This document shows positions 29,678 through 39,962 of a stretch of 64,000 nucleotides of DNA, piece by piece. The first letter of the stretch is position 1. Each line of letters opens with the position of its first letter. This DNA comes from Candidatus Hodarchaeota archaeon (GTDB taxonomy: Archaea; Asgardarchaeota; Heimdallarchaeia; Hodarchaeales; Hodarchaeaceae). The notes beneath the pieces were generated by a model. The model was not told the origin of the DNA, ran no database searches, and saw nothing but the letters and a program-made list of their open reading frames with translations. The stretch is from NCBI GenBank assembly GCA_016839815.1, contig JAEOTM010000032.1:32001-96000 (forward strand). Direction: 5' to 3'. A program made the position numbers and the translations under genes.

Positions 29678-29891
29678 GATAATTACCTCATCACGTTACA
29701 ATAAAGGTACATTTCTCATTATCTGCAGAAAATAGCCCAACTCTTGAAGTTCTAAAAGCCTATGAATATAAAGCTTCATTGTATACTCTAGATGGGAACA
29801 GAGTAAATCCGTATGTGATATGCTTCTCGATAAAACCGTTACATCTAGCAAACTTAAAGCAAACAATTCCTCGGTATATAGGTGTTATTAA

Positions 29892-30278
29892 ATGAAGGGT
29901 GACTCTATTTTAGTAGTGGATGATGAAGAGGATACTGTGGAATTAGCTAGAATGGTTTTAGAATTTGAGGGCTATCGGGTGTTTTCCGCTAATAATGGCC
30001 AAGAAGCTATCGATTTTTTGAAGGCAGAGAAAGAAAAACCAAATCTAGTTTTACTAGATGTACTCATGCCAAAAATGGATGGATTAAAAGTCTGTAAGTG
30101 GATAAAAGAAAATCCTGAGCTAAACAAAATTCCAGTTCTATTATTTACTGCAAAAGTAGGCAATAAAGACCGCAAAGAGGGGGAAAAAGTAGGTGCAGAT
30201 GCTTACATCGCAAAACCTTTCAGTGCTGACGACTTATTAAGCCTGATTCAGACGCATCTTGATAAGGCAAAATCATAG
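29892..30278 (+). CDS. Single-domain response regulator receiver
   Basis: VVDD, LLDVLMP.MDG, TA and KPF motifs. Confidence 0.93.
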   Translation: MKGDSILVVDDEEDTVELARMVLEFEGYRVFSANNGQEAIDFLKAEKEKPNLVLLDVLMPKMDGLKVCKWIKENPELNKIPVLLFTAKVGNKDRKEGEKVGADAYIAKPFSADDLLSLIQTHLDKAKS

Positions 30279-30295
30279 ACCTTATTCAGTTAAAA

Positions 30296-30619
30296 TTACT
30301 GAATGTTTCTAATATACATGGTGGAAGAGGGAAAGAATTTCGTGACAGATTGAAGAAATTCATTAGTTTCATATTTCACGTGGAAAGTTAATTGCAGGGC
30401 CCCTGCTTCATGAATATAGTAAAAATGGATAAGAATACTTGAGGGTTGTTTCTTTTCAAGAAAACGAAAGCGGAATTTCAGTGCAACTGGATGATTCAAT
30501 ATTTTTAGGAAATCGTCTTCAAAATAACTCAAAAATAACGTATCAGGAGTCTGTTGATAGCCTGTTAGAAGATGAATACCTTCAGGCAGATACATTAAGA
30601 AGGCATCCAAGGTAGTCAA
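30296..30619 (-). CDS. Hypothetical protein
   Basis: 107-aa ORF abutting the stop of the FAH gene. Confidence 0.5.
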   Translation of the reverse strand: MTTLDAFLMYLPEGIHLLTGYQQTPDTLFLSYFEDDFLKILNHPVALKFRFRFLEKKQPSSILIHFYYIHEAGALQLTFHVKYETNEFLQSVTKFFPSSTMYIRNIQ

Positions 30620-31414
30620 TCAATCAACTCCTACCGTCAAGGTTCCTATTTTTTCTATAGTAGCCTGTAGAATATCTCCGTGTTCAAATTTAGCTACTCC
30701 CTCTGGAGTTCCAGTTGCAATCACATCCCCAGGTTCAAGTGTAATTATACTACTACAATATTCTATGATTCGATCAATTTTATGAATCATACTCTGTGTA
30801 TTTCCATCTTGTCGTATTTCACTATTTACCTTGAGTCTAATAGAAAGCGAATGAGGGTCGTGGATTTCGTCAGAAGTGACTACTACAGGACCTAAAGGAC
30901 AAAATGTATCAAAGCCCTTTGCAACAAACCAAGGATGCCCTTTTTCCTTTGCTTTTGATTGAATATCTCTTGCTGTAATATCCAATAAGATTGTATATCC
31001 GAAAATATGCTCTTTTGCTCTTTCCTTTGTTATATTTTTTCCTTGTTTTCCGATAATTACAGCTAATTCAATCTCATGGTGCACTTCCTGAGTTTGTTCT
31101 GGAATGATAATATTGTCACCAGGTCCTATTACTGAAGAGGGAGGTTTCAAAAACAATGGGGGAAAAGGAGGTAGTTTACTTGGATCAATTCCCATTTCTA
31201 TAGCATGGGCTGAATAATTTCTAGCTAGGCATATAATTTTCACGGGAGTAAATGGTAACTGTAATTTCGGGGCATCAGTAAGGAGTAAACTTCCTGTTTT
31301 TTCTAACAGTCGGGGATCTGAAATCAACGGTAATATACTATTCAAAGTTGGATATTTTCTAATTTCATTATCTTTCCACACTACTACTGACCCTTCGCTC
31401 AATCCAACCTTCAT
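30620..31414 (-). CDS. Fumarylacetoacetate hydrolase family protein
   Basis: RNY..HA.EM, FLKP, HHEIEL, D.TARD, KGFDTF and TGTPEGV motifs. Confidence 0.92.
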   Translation of the reverse strand: MKVGLSEGSVVVWKDNEIRKYPTLNSILPLISDPRLLEKTGSLLLTDAPKLQLPFTPVKIICLARNYSAHAIEMGIDPSKLPPFPPLFLKPPSSVIGPGDNIIIPEQTQEVHHEIELAVIIGKQGKNITKERAKEHIFGYTILLDITARDIQSKAKEKGHPWFVAKGFDTFCPLGPVVVTSDEIHDPHSLSIRLKVNSEIRQDGNTQSMIHKIDRIIEYCSSIITLEPGDVIATGTPEGVAKFEHGDILQATIEKIGTLTVGVD

Positions 31415-31627
31415 AAAGTATCCTTCTGTTCATTCTAAACCTATTAGCTCTAAAATATTGTGAGTTAAACTTGAAATAATTAACTGCAATTTAATCCTGT
31501 CGATTGAAAAGTAATATGTAACTCATCCGGTTTTTCGGGAAAATAAAACAAGAAATCAATTAAAGAGCTTCCAAAACTAGTTCTATCAAGATAAAGTCTT
31601 TTGTGATAGCTTAAGTCAGGTGAAAAA

Positions 31628-32554
31628 ATGAAAGTTTTGGTTACTGGAGGAGGTGGCTTTGTAGGCAGTCATTTGATAGAAGAATTGCTTATTCAAGGTA
31701 ATGAAATCGTCTGTTTAGATAATTTCACTACAGGAAAAACCAGAAATCTAAAATCCTTTGAAGAAAGAATCACACTTATTGAAGGTGATATCTTAAATCC
31801 TAATGATATAAAAACCGCTCTTAAGGATGTGGAATCAGTATATCATCTAGCAGCACAGATTTCTGTATCTCATTCTGTCCGCGATCCACTCTACGACGCA
31901 TCAATAAATATCAATGGATTTATTAACATACTTAATGCGATCCTTAATAGGTCTGTGAAAAGAATTGTCTATGTAAGTACTGGAGGGGCAATATATGGGG
32001 AACCTAATCAGTTACCTGCTTCAGAAACAACCCTTGAAGATCCTATTTCACCTTATGGATTGAGTAAGCTTGTAGGTGAGAAATATCTAAAATGGTTTAA
32101 TTTAGCTCATGGCCTATCTTATGCAATAATTCGTCCCGCTAATATTTTTGGTCCGAGACAGGATCCTTTAGGAGAGGCAGGAGTCATTTCCATCTTTTTG
32201 GGTAAAATTTTGGAACAAGAATCTCTGGAAATATTTGGCAATGGAACTGACACAAGAGATTATGTTTATGTTAAGGATATAGCAACCATATGCACATCCG
32301 CAATGGGTTCAAAAGAAAATGATACTTTTAATGCTGGAACTGGGAAAGAGACGAGTTTAAACGACTTAGTAAGCGTTATCGAAAAAGTGACTTCATATAC
32401 TCCTAACATAAAATATTTGCCCCCACGTCCAGGAGATGTAAAGAAAATCGCTTTGGATATAAATAAAGCAAAATCCAAACTTAATTGGACACCCCAAACT
32501 ACTTTAGAAGAAGGAATTAAACACACGTGGAATTGGTTTAAAAATACAGACTAA
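31628..32554 (+). CDS. galE: NAD-dependent epimerase (UDP-glucose 4-epimerase-like)
   Basis: TGGGGFVG, STGGAIYG, YGLSK and GPRQDP.GEAGV motifs. Confidence 0.88.
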   Translation: MKVLVTGGGGFVGSHLIEELLIQGNEIVCLDNFTTGKTRNLKSFEERITLIEGDILNPNDIKTALKDVESVYHLAAQISVSHSVRDPLYDASININGFINILNAILNRSVKRIVYVSTGGAIYGEPNQLPASETTLEDPISPYGLSKLVGEKYLKWFNLAHGLSYAIIRPANIFGPRQDPLGEAGVISIFLGKILEQESLEIFGNGTDTRDYVYVKDIATICTSAMGSKENDTFNAGTGKETSLNDLVSVIEKVTSYTPNIKYLPPRPGDVKKIALDINKAKSKLNWTPQTTLEEGIKHTWNWFKNTD

Positions 32555-33558
32555 GTATCTATAAGAGATTGTATGAAATTCATTTTTCCTTGTAACCAAT
32601 CCTCAGTAATTTCTGATCCTCCAAACCATCTCCAGAAGGACGCAACTACCCATGGATCCAATTTTACGGCAAAACTAGGAGTTTGTGCTACAAGAAAGTA
32701 AGCCTGCCATAATTCCCCCACTGCTGTCTCGAAAAGTCTACTTGATATTGAAGATGTTGCATCTGTCTCTTTTACAGTAATACTCTGGTTTAATTTCCGC
32801 TCCGATTCATTAATGGAGACAAAGGCCGATAATATCCACATTTCTCGATCGGTACGCAAATTCCGCTGGTATAAACGATCAGCTAAGCGTTCTAATTCTT
32901 TTCGCGCATCAACTAATTTATCGTGAGTGAAGGTTGATATTCTTAGAAGTAAGTTAAAAAAATCATATAGATTCATATCTAGATTTCTAAGAGAATCGAG
33001 CAAAAAAGGAGCAGTACCCAATCCAAACGCGTTTTCAACCATCAATGGAACACAAATCGCTTCCTCTGCAGCTTTAATTAACCAAATAAAAGCATCTGCA
33101 ATCATATCTTCCTGGATTCGGTTTTTAACCCGATCCAAAAGCATCCTAGTAGTCTGTCTTTTTAGTTCAATTATCTCTGGTTGCCAAAATACTTGTTCAG
33201 CTTTTGATTTCCAATCATCTAGTTTTCCCCGAGGATCGTAGATGATTTCACCTGATTGTAAAAGTCTCATAACTGTTGCTACTTGCCAATAAGGTACATT
33301 TTTACCATTTAGGACATCCTCAAAAAATGTTCTAGGTGCCAATGTAAGTTTTACTTCAATATTCTGAAACTCAGGCAAATCTGTTATGGTAGTCTCTTTT
33401 AGATCACGAACTTTATCCCTGATTGCCCAAAAAGTGACTCTTAAATCCAACTGATCATACTGATCCCGTATTAATAATCTTCCAAGTTCCTGATCATCAG
33501 ATGATATGCGTGAAAGTAAAATTTCAACGATTTGAGTTAAAGTCTTTTGATCTACCAT
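32551..33558 (-). CDS. Hypothetical protein, possibly a degenerate nucleotidyltransferase with a helical C-terminal domain
   Basis: GEIIYDPRGKL motif followed by a helical bundle; no clear GS..DxD motif. Confidence 0.5.
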   Translation of the reverse strand: MVDQKTLTQIVEILLSRISSDDQELGRLLIRDQYDQLDLRVTFWAIRDKVRDLKETTITDLPEFQNIEVKLTLAPRTFFEDVLNGKNVPYWQVATVMRLLQSGEIIYDPRGKLDDWKSKAEQVFWQPEIIELKRQTTRMLLDRVKNRIQEDMIADAFIWLIKAAEEAICVPLMVENAFGLGTAPFLLDSLRNLDMNLYDFFNLLLRISTFTHDKLVDARKELERLADRLYQRNLRTDREMWILSAFVSINESERKLNQSITVKETDATSSISSRLFETAVGELWQAYFLVAQTPSFAVKLDPWVVASFWRWFGGSEITEDWLQGKMNFIQSLIDT

Positions 33559-33639
33559 TACTAATTCACCAATTTCAAGTTATATAAAACACAAGTCACT
33601 TCCGCATATAATTTCCTCGTTACCGAATTCTTTTAAAAA

Positions 33640-36051
33640 ATGTATTACCTCTGTACTAATCAACATATACAGGTGGACTCTATGCCCAAAGTGAATACGA
33701 TTCAATTAATGCTAATTATACTATGTTTCCCGATTTCAGTAGCTGCTGGTCAGTTACTTACCTCCAAAAATATGTCTGTTTCTACTCAAGAAGCGAAAAA
33801 TTACGAAATTGACGCAGATGTTACGCTGACTGTCTTAGTTGTCTTGATGGAGTTAGCTGATGATCCACACCATCCAACTCACACTGTTCAACATTTTACT
33901 GATTTATTTTTTTCTTTAAACTCCTTTAGTATACGCCAATATTACATAAATGTATCCTATAACTCAGTAGATTTAACTGGAGATGTACTTGGATGGTACC
34001 AAGCAACAGAACCACTTGCTTATTATGGTGCTGGTGAACGAATTCCCCCAGGTCAAGATGCAGCCCCTTATCTACTTGCAGATGAAGCATACCAGCATGC
34101 TGTTACCGAGGGAAAAGACCCACTCTTATATGATCTTTTTGTAATAATTCATTCGGGGGATGGTCAGGAATATTCTGGGAATTCAAATGATATCTGGAGT
34201 CATCAGTGGTATGTGAGTATCGACTCTGGATGGGTTGCTTACTCAATGAATCATGAATATGTAGATTATGGAACTCCTTCACACGAACTTGGTCATGCAT
34301 TGTACTTTCCAGATTTATACGATTACCGGAACTATGAACATATCTATGCTGGTCCTTACGGGATGATGGGACGCGGTGAAAGTCATTTTTCAATCTGGAA
34401 TAAGTATTATAGTCAACTTTCCCAACCGCTTTCTGCTCAATTTCTTTCTGCTGCCTATCGTGTTCAGGTTTCAGATTATTCGATAGATACTCATTCAACA
34501 GTCACTCCAATCGGAGTAGAAGCACCCCTAGGTACCATGTGGCTTGAAATTGGGTGGAATTCGACAGGATATGCTGATCCAAACCATGGAAAGGGTTGGA
34601 CTATCACGGTGCGAGAGGATATGGACTATGATAAAACATTACCGAAATTTGGTATGGTGATAGCGGAAATAAAACTAGGTCCACGATCTTATACACAAGT
34701 AGAAGCAGAATATCCTCCATGGAATGTAATTGACGCCCATCCAGAAACTGAAGAGAATAAGGATGATGCTCCTTTTTCATTAACTACACCAGGGGATGTT
34801 GCGACATTTGTTTCGGGTGCAGGTTGGGCTGCACAAATTTTGGAAGTATTTTCCAACAAATCCTATCATATTCGCATCACAAATGAAAGCAATATACCGG
34901 TGGTAAATTTAGAAAAGCCTGTTGAAGTAATTAAAGGAACTCATGAAATACGTTTTACTGTAAACCATCTCACCTCATCAAGTATAACTTCCACTGAGGT
35001 TTCCATTGACAACGGTCCATGGGAAGCAGCATCTCCTGACGTTCTTGTGACAGATGGGTATCTTTATTCTTGGGATTCAACATTAGAACGTGAAGGAAGT
35101 CATTTAATTCGTGCACGAGCAATTGATAACACTAGTTCTCCATATATCGGGTATTCTTCATTCATCAATGTTGAAGTTGATAACCTAAATGGGACAATCC
35201 TTGTAGTGGATGATGATCTGGGTCGTGATGCTGAAGTGAGTGTTCTAGAGGCATTAGATTCGTTAGATCTTATAGATAAATCTGAGATAATGCGTACTTC
35301 ATCCTTTACTGAAGCAGAAATTACTGCAGAAGAGCTTACTCAATATAACTCCATTATCTGGGTTGGAAATCCTGAAATATCTCCATTAAGTAATTCTCAC
35401 ATTAATTACAACGAATTTAGAGAAATTAAGAGATATTTTAATACTGATCTTGGAGAAGAACGATCCCCTGGTATTATCTTTATGTCTTCATATACAATTT
35501 TTGACTTTAGCAATCAAGGAGCCGAATATCAGAATGAGTATCGAAATATCTTCCAAGCTGAATCTGTGAAAAACTTTCGAGCACCAGTTGGTATGTTGCA
35601 GGGATCGCAATTCTTAGAAGATTTACCCCAGTTTACACTGGGAAATTCTGATACTCTCCGTGCAACAAGAGGAGCTGATGGTGAATTAGTCAACCTATTA
35701 GTAGGAGCTACTCCTATTCTTGTAGATATTGATCCACAATTTGCTTCCCATGACACAAAGGGATTTTTTGTAGATAATGGCCAATATAAACTTATAAATT
35801 ATCAATTCCAACCTGAAATGGTTCCAAAAGAGGTTTTACCAGAATTGCTTCAACGTTCTCTTGATTATCTGTACATTCCTGCCAATGGATCGGAATTTAC
35901 TACTACCACAACTCCTACTCCTTCAGTTATAGATCCTGTTCCGATTATAGGTTTTGCCACTGTAGGAGGACTAGGTGTTACAGTATTATTCTTAAAATTC
36001 AGACCAAAACCTCGCAAAGGAGAATCAATTTGGATTAAGAAGAGGGAATAA
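33640..36051 (+). CDS. Membrane-anchored M6 (immune inhibitor A-like) metalloprotease
   Basis: IHSGDGQE, IWSH, HELGH...PDLYD and Met-turn YGMMG; Ig-like domain; Thr-rich linker; C-terminal TM. Probable start ATG 33682. Confidence 0.85.
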   Translation: MYYLCTNQHIQVDSMPKVNTIQLMLIILCFPISVAAGQLLTSKNMSVSTQEAKNYEIDADVTLTVLVVLMELADDPHHPTHTVQHFTDLFFSLNSFSIRQYYINVSYNSVDLTGDVLGWYQATEPLAYYGAGERIPPGQDAAPYLLADEAYQHAVTEGKDPLLYDLFVIIHSGDGQEYSGNSNDIWSHQWYVSIDSGWVAYSMNHEYVDYGTPSHELGHALYFPDLYDYRNYEHIYAGPYGMMGRGESHFSIWNKYYSQLSQPLSAQFLSAAYRVQVSDYSIDTHSTVTPIGVEAPLGTMWLEIGWNSTGYADPNHGKGWTITVREDMDYDKTLPKFGMVIAEIKLGPRSYTQVEAEYPPWNVIDAHPETEENKDDAPFSLTTPGDVATFVSGAGWAAQILEVFSNKSYHIRITNESNIPVVNLEKPVEVIKGTHEIRFTVNHLTSSSITSTEVSIDNGPWEAASPDVLVTDGYLYSWDSTLEREGSHLIRARAIDNTSSPYIGYSSFINVEVDNLNGTILVVDDDLGRDAEVSVLEALDSLDLIDKSEIMRTSSFTEAEITAEELTQYNSIIWVGNPEISPLSNSHINYNEFREIKRYFNTDLGEERSPGIIFMSSYTIFDFSNQGAEYQNEYRNIFQAESVKNFRAPVGMLQGSQFLEDLPQFTLGNSDTLRATRGADGELVNLLVGATPILVDIDPQFASHDTKGFFVDNGQYKLINYQFQPEMVPKEVLPELLQRSLDYLYIPANGSEFTTTTTPTPSVIDPVPIIGFATVGGLGVTVLFLKFRPKPRKGESIWIKKRE

Positions 36052-36056
36052 AAGCT

Positions 36057-37049
36057 TCAGGAGATTTCCTCTGTTTCCTCAGTTAATACGGCTAAAACTA
36101 TACCAATTCCTATGAAAATACCTCCAATAATTGTTGAAATTGGTAGCTCTTGGGAAAGAAAGAGAAATCCTAAAAGCGAGGCACCTGCTGCTTCTCCTAA
36201 TACAGTCAACGATACAACCTGTGCTGAAAGCTTTTTCATCGAATATGTGTAGAGCGCATGACCTAATAGACTAGGCCCAATGGCTAACGCCAGAAACCAT
36301 GTCATATCTGATACTGGAAAATTCCATACATTTTCTGAAAGGTACAATGAATATAGAAATAGAAAAAATGCACAAAAAGCATTTACGAAATAAGTGTATG
36401 AGATATTAGAAACTTTGAACTGACTGCGCATTTGTTTACCAATTATAAAGTAACAGGCTACACACACTGCACCAAATAGCGCTAAAATAATCCCTTCTTG
36501 GAAAGAACCAATAAATTGATCCGAAGAACCTCCAGACGCAATGAAAATTATCCCAATAAAGCAGAAAAATAACCCAATAACTTGGTAGCGGTTGAGTGTC
36601 TCACGAAAAAGGAGAAAAGATAGAAAAATTACCCAGAGTGGAGAGGAATTGACTACAATCACTGAGGCGGCTACTGTAGTATATTCCAAACTCTGCATCC
36701 ATGAAAAAAAGTGTAACGAGAGAAAAAATCCTGCTAAAATGAAGTATTTCATGTGATCGATCGTTAAGACTTGATAAAACTGTGTTCGTATCTCGGTCAG
36801 AAACAATAGGGGACTAAGTAAAAGAACAACTAAAAACATTCTCCAAAATGCGTCAAGGATTGGTGGAGATTTACTAGTAACAATAAAGATCGAGGCTCCA
36901 GAAACAGCCAATGTAGCAATAATTAAAGCTAAATATTCGTATCTGACTGGAAATTTGTTTGTGATTTGAGATATTTCTTTCATCGTCTGATTTTTGGGAA
37001 TAAACACTAATAACTTTTCTGGAGTACGAAATTCATTGGACTTTGACAA
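36057..37049 (-). CDS. EamA/DMT family transporter
   Basis: About 10 TM helices; FWRM, SLEYTTVA.S and GH..Y motifs. Confidence 0.9.
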   Translation of the reverse strand: MSKSNEFRTPEKLLVFIPKNQTMKEISQITNKFPVRYEYLALIIATLAVSGASIFIVTSKSPPILDAFWRMFLVVLLLSPLLFLTEIRTQFYQVLTIDHMKYFILAGFFLSLHFFSWMQSLEYTTVAASVIVVNSSPLWVIFLSFLLFRETLNRYQVIGLFFCFIGIIFIASGGSSDQFIGSFQEGIILALFGAVCVACYFIIGKQMRSQFKVSNISYTYFVNAFCAFFLFLYSLYLSENVWNFPVSDMTWFLALAIGPSLLGHALYTYSMKKLSAQVVSLTVLGEAAGASLLGFLFLSQELPISTIIGGIFIGIGIVLAVLTEETEEIS

Positions 37050-37068
37050 TTCAGAGAGTTAAGTCGTT

Positions 37069-37941
37069 ATGTCAATGGATAATAATACCTTACCAAGAAT
37101 TGGAGCTCATAAATCCATTGCAAATGGCATAGATAAGGCAATTGATCGTGGATTACAGAGCACTTGTGAGTGTTTACAAATTTTCACAAGACCCCCAAGA
37201 CGTTGGGATGCAGGAAAAACTACTCTCAATGATAAACAGGTTGGATATTTTTTAAATAAATCTAAAAAGGCAAACTATTTCGATACCGCAATTCATATGC
37301 CCTATCTACCTAATCTTTCTTCCCCAGAAGAGAATCTATACTATAGATCTATTAAAGTCCTCCAAGAAGAGATAAATACTTCACACCTCCTCAAATGTCC
37401 ATATGTAATTACTCATCTTGGTAGTCCAAAGCTAGAAACCCGAAAATTCGCCGTGAAACGTGTAGTGAATGCGATTAACAAGATTAGCGAAACACAGATT
37501 TCTCCTACTATGATTTTATTAGAAAATTCTACAGCGAAAAAAAGGGAATGGGGAAAAAAGATTGAAGATCTTGTTGAAGTGATAAACACAGTTGACTCAC
37601 CTCAACTTGTTGGAATATGCTTAGATACAGCGCATGCGTATGCATCTGGATACGAAATTTCGATTCCTGAAACACTGCATGAGGTTTTTGATCAGATTGA
37701 CTCTCTAGTAGGAACCGATAAAGTCCGAATTATTCATGTGAATGATTCGAAAGGACAACATAATTCAGGAATTGATCATCATGAACATATTGGACGGGGA
37801 AATATCGGTCTTGAATGTTTTAGGGAATTAATGCAACACCCACGTTTTAAGAAAATTTCCATGATTTTAGAAACTCCTAAAGATAATCAAACCAATGATA
37901 AAGACAATCTCACCCTACTTAGGAGTCTAAGAAAAAATTAA
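37069..37941 (+). CDS. nfo: Endonuclease IV (AP endonuclease)
   Basis: IGAH.S, QIFT..P, HMPYL.NL, LEN, CLDTAH, HVNDSK, DHHEHIG and LETP motifs. Confidence 0.95.
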   Translation: MSMDNNTLPRIGAHKSIANGIDKAIDRGLQSTCECLQIFTRPPRRWDAGKTTLNDKQVGYFLNKSKKANYFDTAIHMPYLPNLSSPEENLYYRSIKVLQEEINTSHLLKCPYVITHLGSPKLETRKFAVKRVVNAINKISETQISPTMILLENSTAKKREWGKKIEDLVEVINTVDSPQLVGICLDTAHAYASGYEISIPETLHEVFDQIDSLVGTDKVRIIHVNDSKGQHNSGIDHHEHIGRGNIGLECFRELMQHPRFKKISMILETPKDNQTNDKDNLTLLRSLRKN

Positions 37942-37979
37942 ATTTATTGAAGGAATAGATGAATTAAGGTGGCTCGGAA

Positions 37980-38546
37980 ATGAAAGAATCTGAAATTGAC
38001 CTGAAGACAGCTTATCGATTTTTATATCCACGATTCACAATTGTTGTTTCATCAGGAACGCTTACTAACCCAAATGCATTAGCTATCGCATGGTCAACCC
38101 CTTTGTCGGCTGATCCTCCATTAGTTGGTGTTCTAATTTCAGAAAAACGGTATTCTTACGAGATAATAAAAAAAGAGAAGTGTTTTGTGGTAAATGTCCC
38201 AAATTTCAATCTTATTGATGAAACGCATTATGTAGGAAGAATCTCGGGGCGTGATGAACCAAATAAGGTTGAAAAAGCTGGTTTTACATTGGAAGTATCA
38301 AAAAAAGTCTCAGCACCAAGTATTAAAGAATGCAAAATTAATTTAGAGTGTACCCTTACAGATATCATAACCACTGGTGACCATGAAATGTTCATTGGAG
38401 AAATCATAGCAATTTCGGTTGATTCAGATATCCGTGACAGCTGGTCGTACAATATTGCCAAATATGAATCACTCTATTGGAGACAATCAAAGTTTAGGAA
38501 TGATGTCTATCGTCTAAAAGTATTGAATGAGGAAGAAAAGACTTGA
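37980..38546 (+). CDS. Flavin reductase-like (DIM6/NTAB) protein
   Basis: LYP, N..AIAW, PPLVGV, SGRD..K and GDHEMFIGE motifs. Confidence 0.88.
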   Translation: MKESEIDLKTAYRFLYPRFTIVVSSGTLTNPNALAIAWSTPLSADPPLVGVLISEKRYSYEIIKKEKCFVVNVPNFNLIDETHYVGRISGRDEPNKVEKAGFTLEVSKKVSAPSIKECKINLECTLTDIITTGDHEMFIGEIIAISVDSDIRDSWSYNIAKYESLYWRQSKFRNDVYRLKVLNEEEKT

Positions 38547-39568
38547 ACTCACTTTCTCACGAATTAACGGTGGAAGATCAAACTGTATTCTTTCAATCCG
38601 CAGAGAATATGGAAAATATTGAATCTAGCTCAGTAACCCTAGTTGTTACTTCACCTCCTTATTGGAATGTAAGAAATTATGGTTCAGAGCAAATCGGATT
38701 CGGTCAAAGTTATACAGATTACATTAAATCGCTTGAAAAGGTATGGAAGGAATGTGAACGAGTTCTTCAGCCAAATGGAAAGATAGCTATTAATGTTCAG
38801 CCACTACCGATTGATAGTAAACATTCTGGATTTGGTCGTCGCGTTATTTTGAACATAATGTTCGATATTGAACGATATTTTTGTAGGGAAAATCAATTTT
38901 ATTTATCTGGAATGCACTATTGGGATAAAGCACCATATATTTCAAATGTATCTTGGGGAAGTTATCCTAAACCCACTAATATTGCCTCTAATACAAGTTT
39001 TGAGCAAATATTCGTTTTTGTGAAGAAAGGAAAAACGCGCAAAGTCTCATCGAGTATTATGCAAAAGAGTTTATTATCAAAAGATGAGTGGAGACATTTC
39101 GCTGTACGAGGAATTTGGGATGATATCGCGCCTGTAATTAAAATTGACTCAAAGGGTGTAAACAAATTTGGTCATTCTGCACCATTTCCAGAAGAAATCC
39201 CCTATCGAATCATTAAAATGCATACTGCTCTAGGTGAAACAGTTCTCGACCCGTTTCTAGGCTCAGGAACAACATTGAAAATCTGTCGAATTACAGGAAG
39301 AAAAGGAATAGGATTTGAAATTAATCAGGAGTATAGAGAATTAATAAAAACCAGAATTCTTGAAGACTGGCCTATCCCTTCGATCGAAGGGCAGTACAAG
39401 ACAATAGGAACCACATTTTTTTATGAGACTCTACGTCATGTTCATCAGTGGATCTCTCACGATCCAACAATGTCATTAGGTGATGTAATTTCCAAAATTC
39501 AGAAAAAGTACCCCAAGAAATATACTAAATCTTGGGTATCACATTTAAAGACTTTAATGGAAGATTAG
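38543..39568 (+). CDS. Beta-class N4-C/N6-A DNA methyltransferase (orphan)
   Basis: TSPPY precedes HSAPFP and LDPFLGSGTT. Confidence 0.9.
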   Translation: MNSLSHELTVEDQTVFFQSAENMENIESSSVTLVVTSPPYWNVRNYGSEQIGFGQSYTDYIKSLEKVWKECERVLQPNGKIAINVQPLPIDSKHSGFGRRVILNIMFDIERYFCRENQFYLSGMHYWDKAPYISNVSWGSYPKPTNIASNTSFEQIFVFVKKGKTRKVSSSIMQKSLLSKDEWRHFAVRGIWDDIAPVIKIDSKGVNKFGHSAPFPEEIPYRIIKMHTALGETVLDPFLGSGTTLKICRITGRKGIGFEINQEYRELIKTRILEDWPIPSIEGQYKTIGTTFFYETLRHVHQWISHDPTMSLGDVISKIQKKYPKKYTKSWVSHLKTLMED

Positions 39569-39880
39569 TAACCACAAATGAAAATGGTGATATCTATATT
39601 AAGAATTTCTTACCAATTTTGTTCTAAAGACTGATTTTGATAAAAGAATTGGTAAATATAATCGATATACCAGAAATGTCAGAATCAAATCAGGTTAAAC
39701 TACTTAAAAACCCATTATTAATTTTTCATACGAATTTGAAAATCATTCTCCATATTGAGTACTATACACTGAGCTATCATCATCTAGTAAGCTAGTGAAT
39801 TTCTAAATTCCACTTCATTTCATGAAGACCCTATACAAGAATAGTAAACTTGCTAGGTAAAGTTAAATCCCAAAACAAAG

Positions 39881-39935
39881 GAATAACTTTATAAAGAGTG
39901 GAAAATTCAAAGTGAATGTCGAATAAATATCGACA
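39881..39935 (+). promoter_or_regulatory. Histone promoter: TATA box TTTATAAA (39888-39895) and TGTCGA-N7-TCGACA inverted repeat (39917-39935)
   Basis: Read directly from the sequence; an AAGGTGA RBS precedes the ATG at 39963. Confidence 0.55.
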
Positions 39936-39962
39936 GATTTTTCGAGAAAAAGGTGAAAAAAT

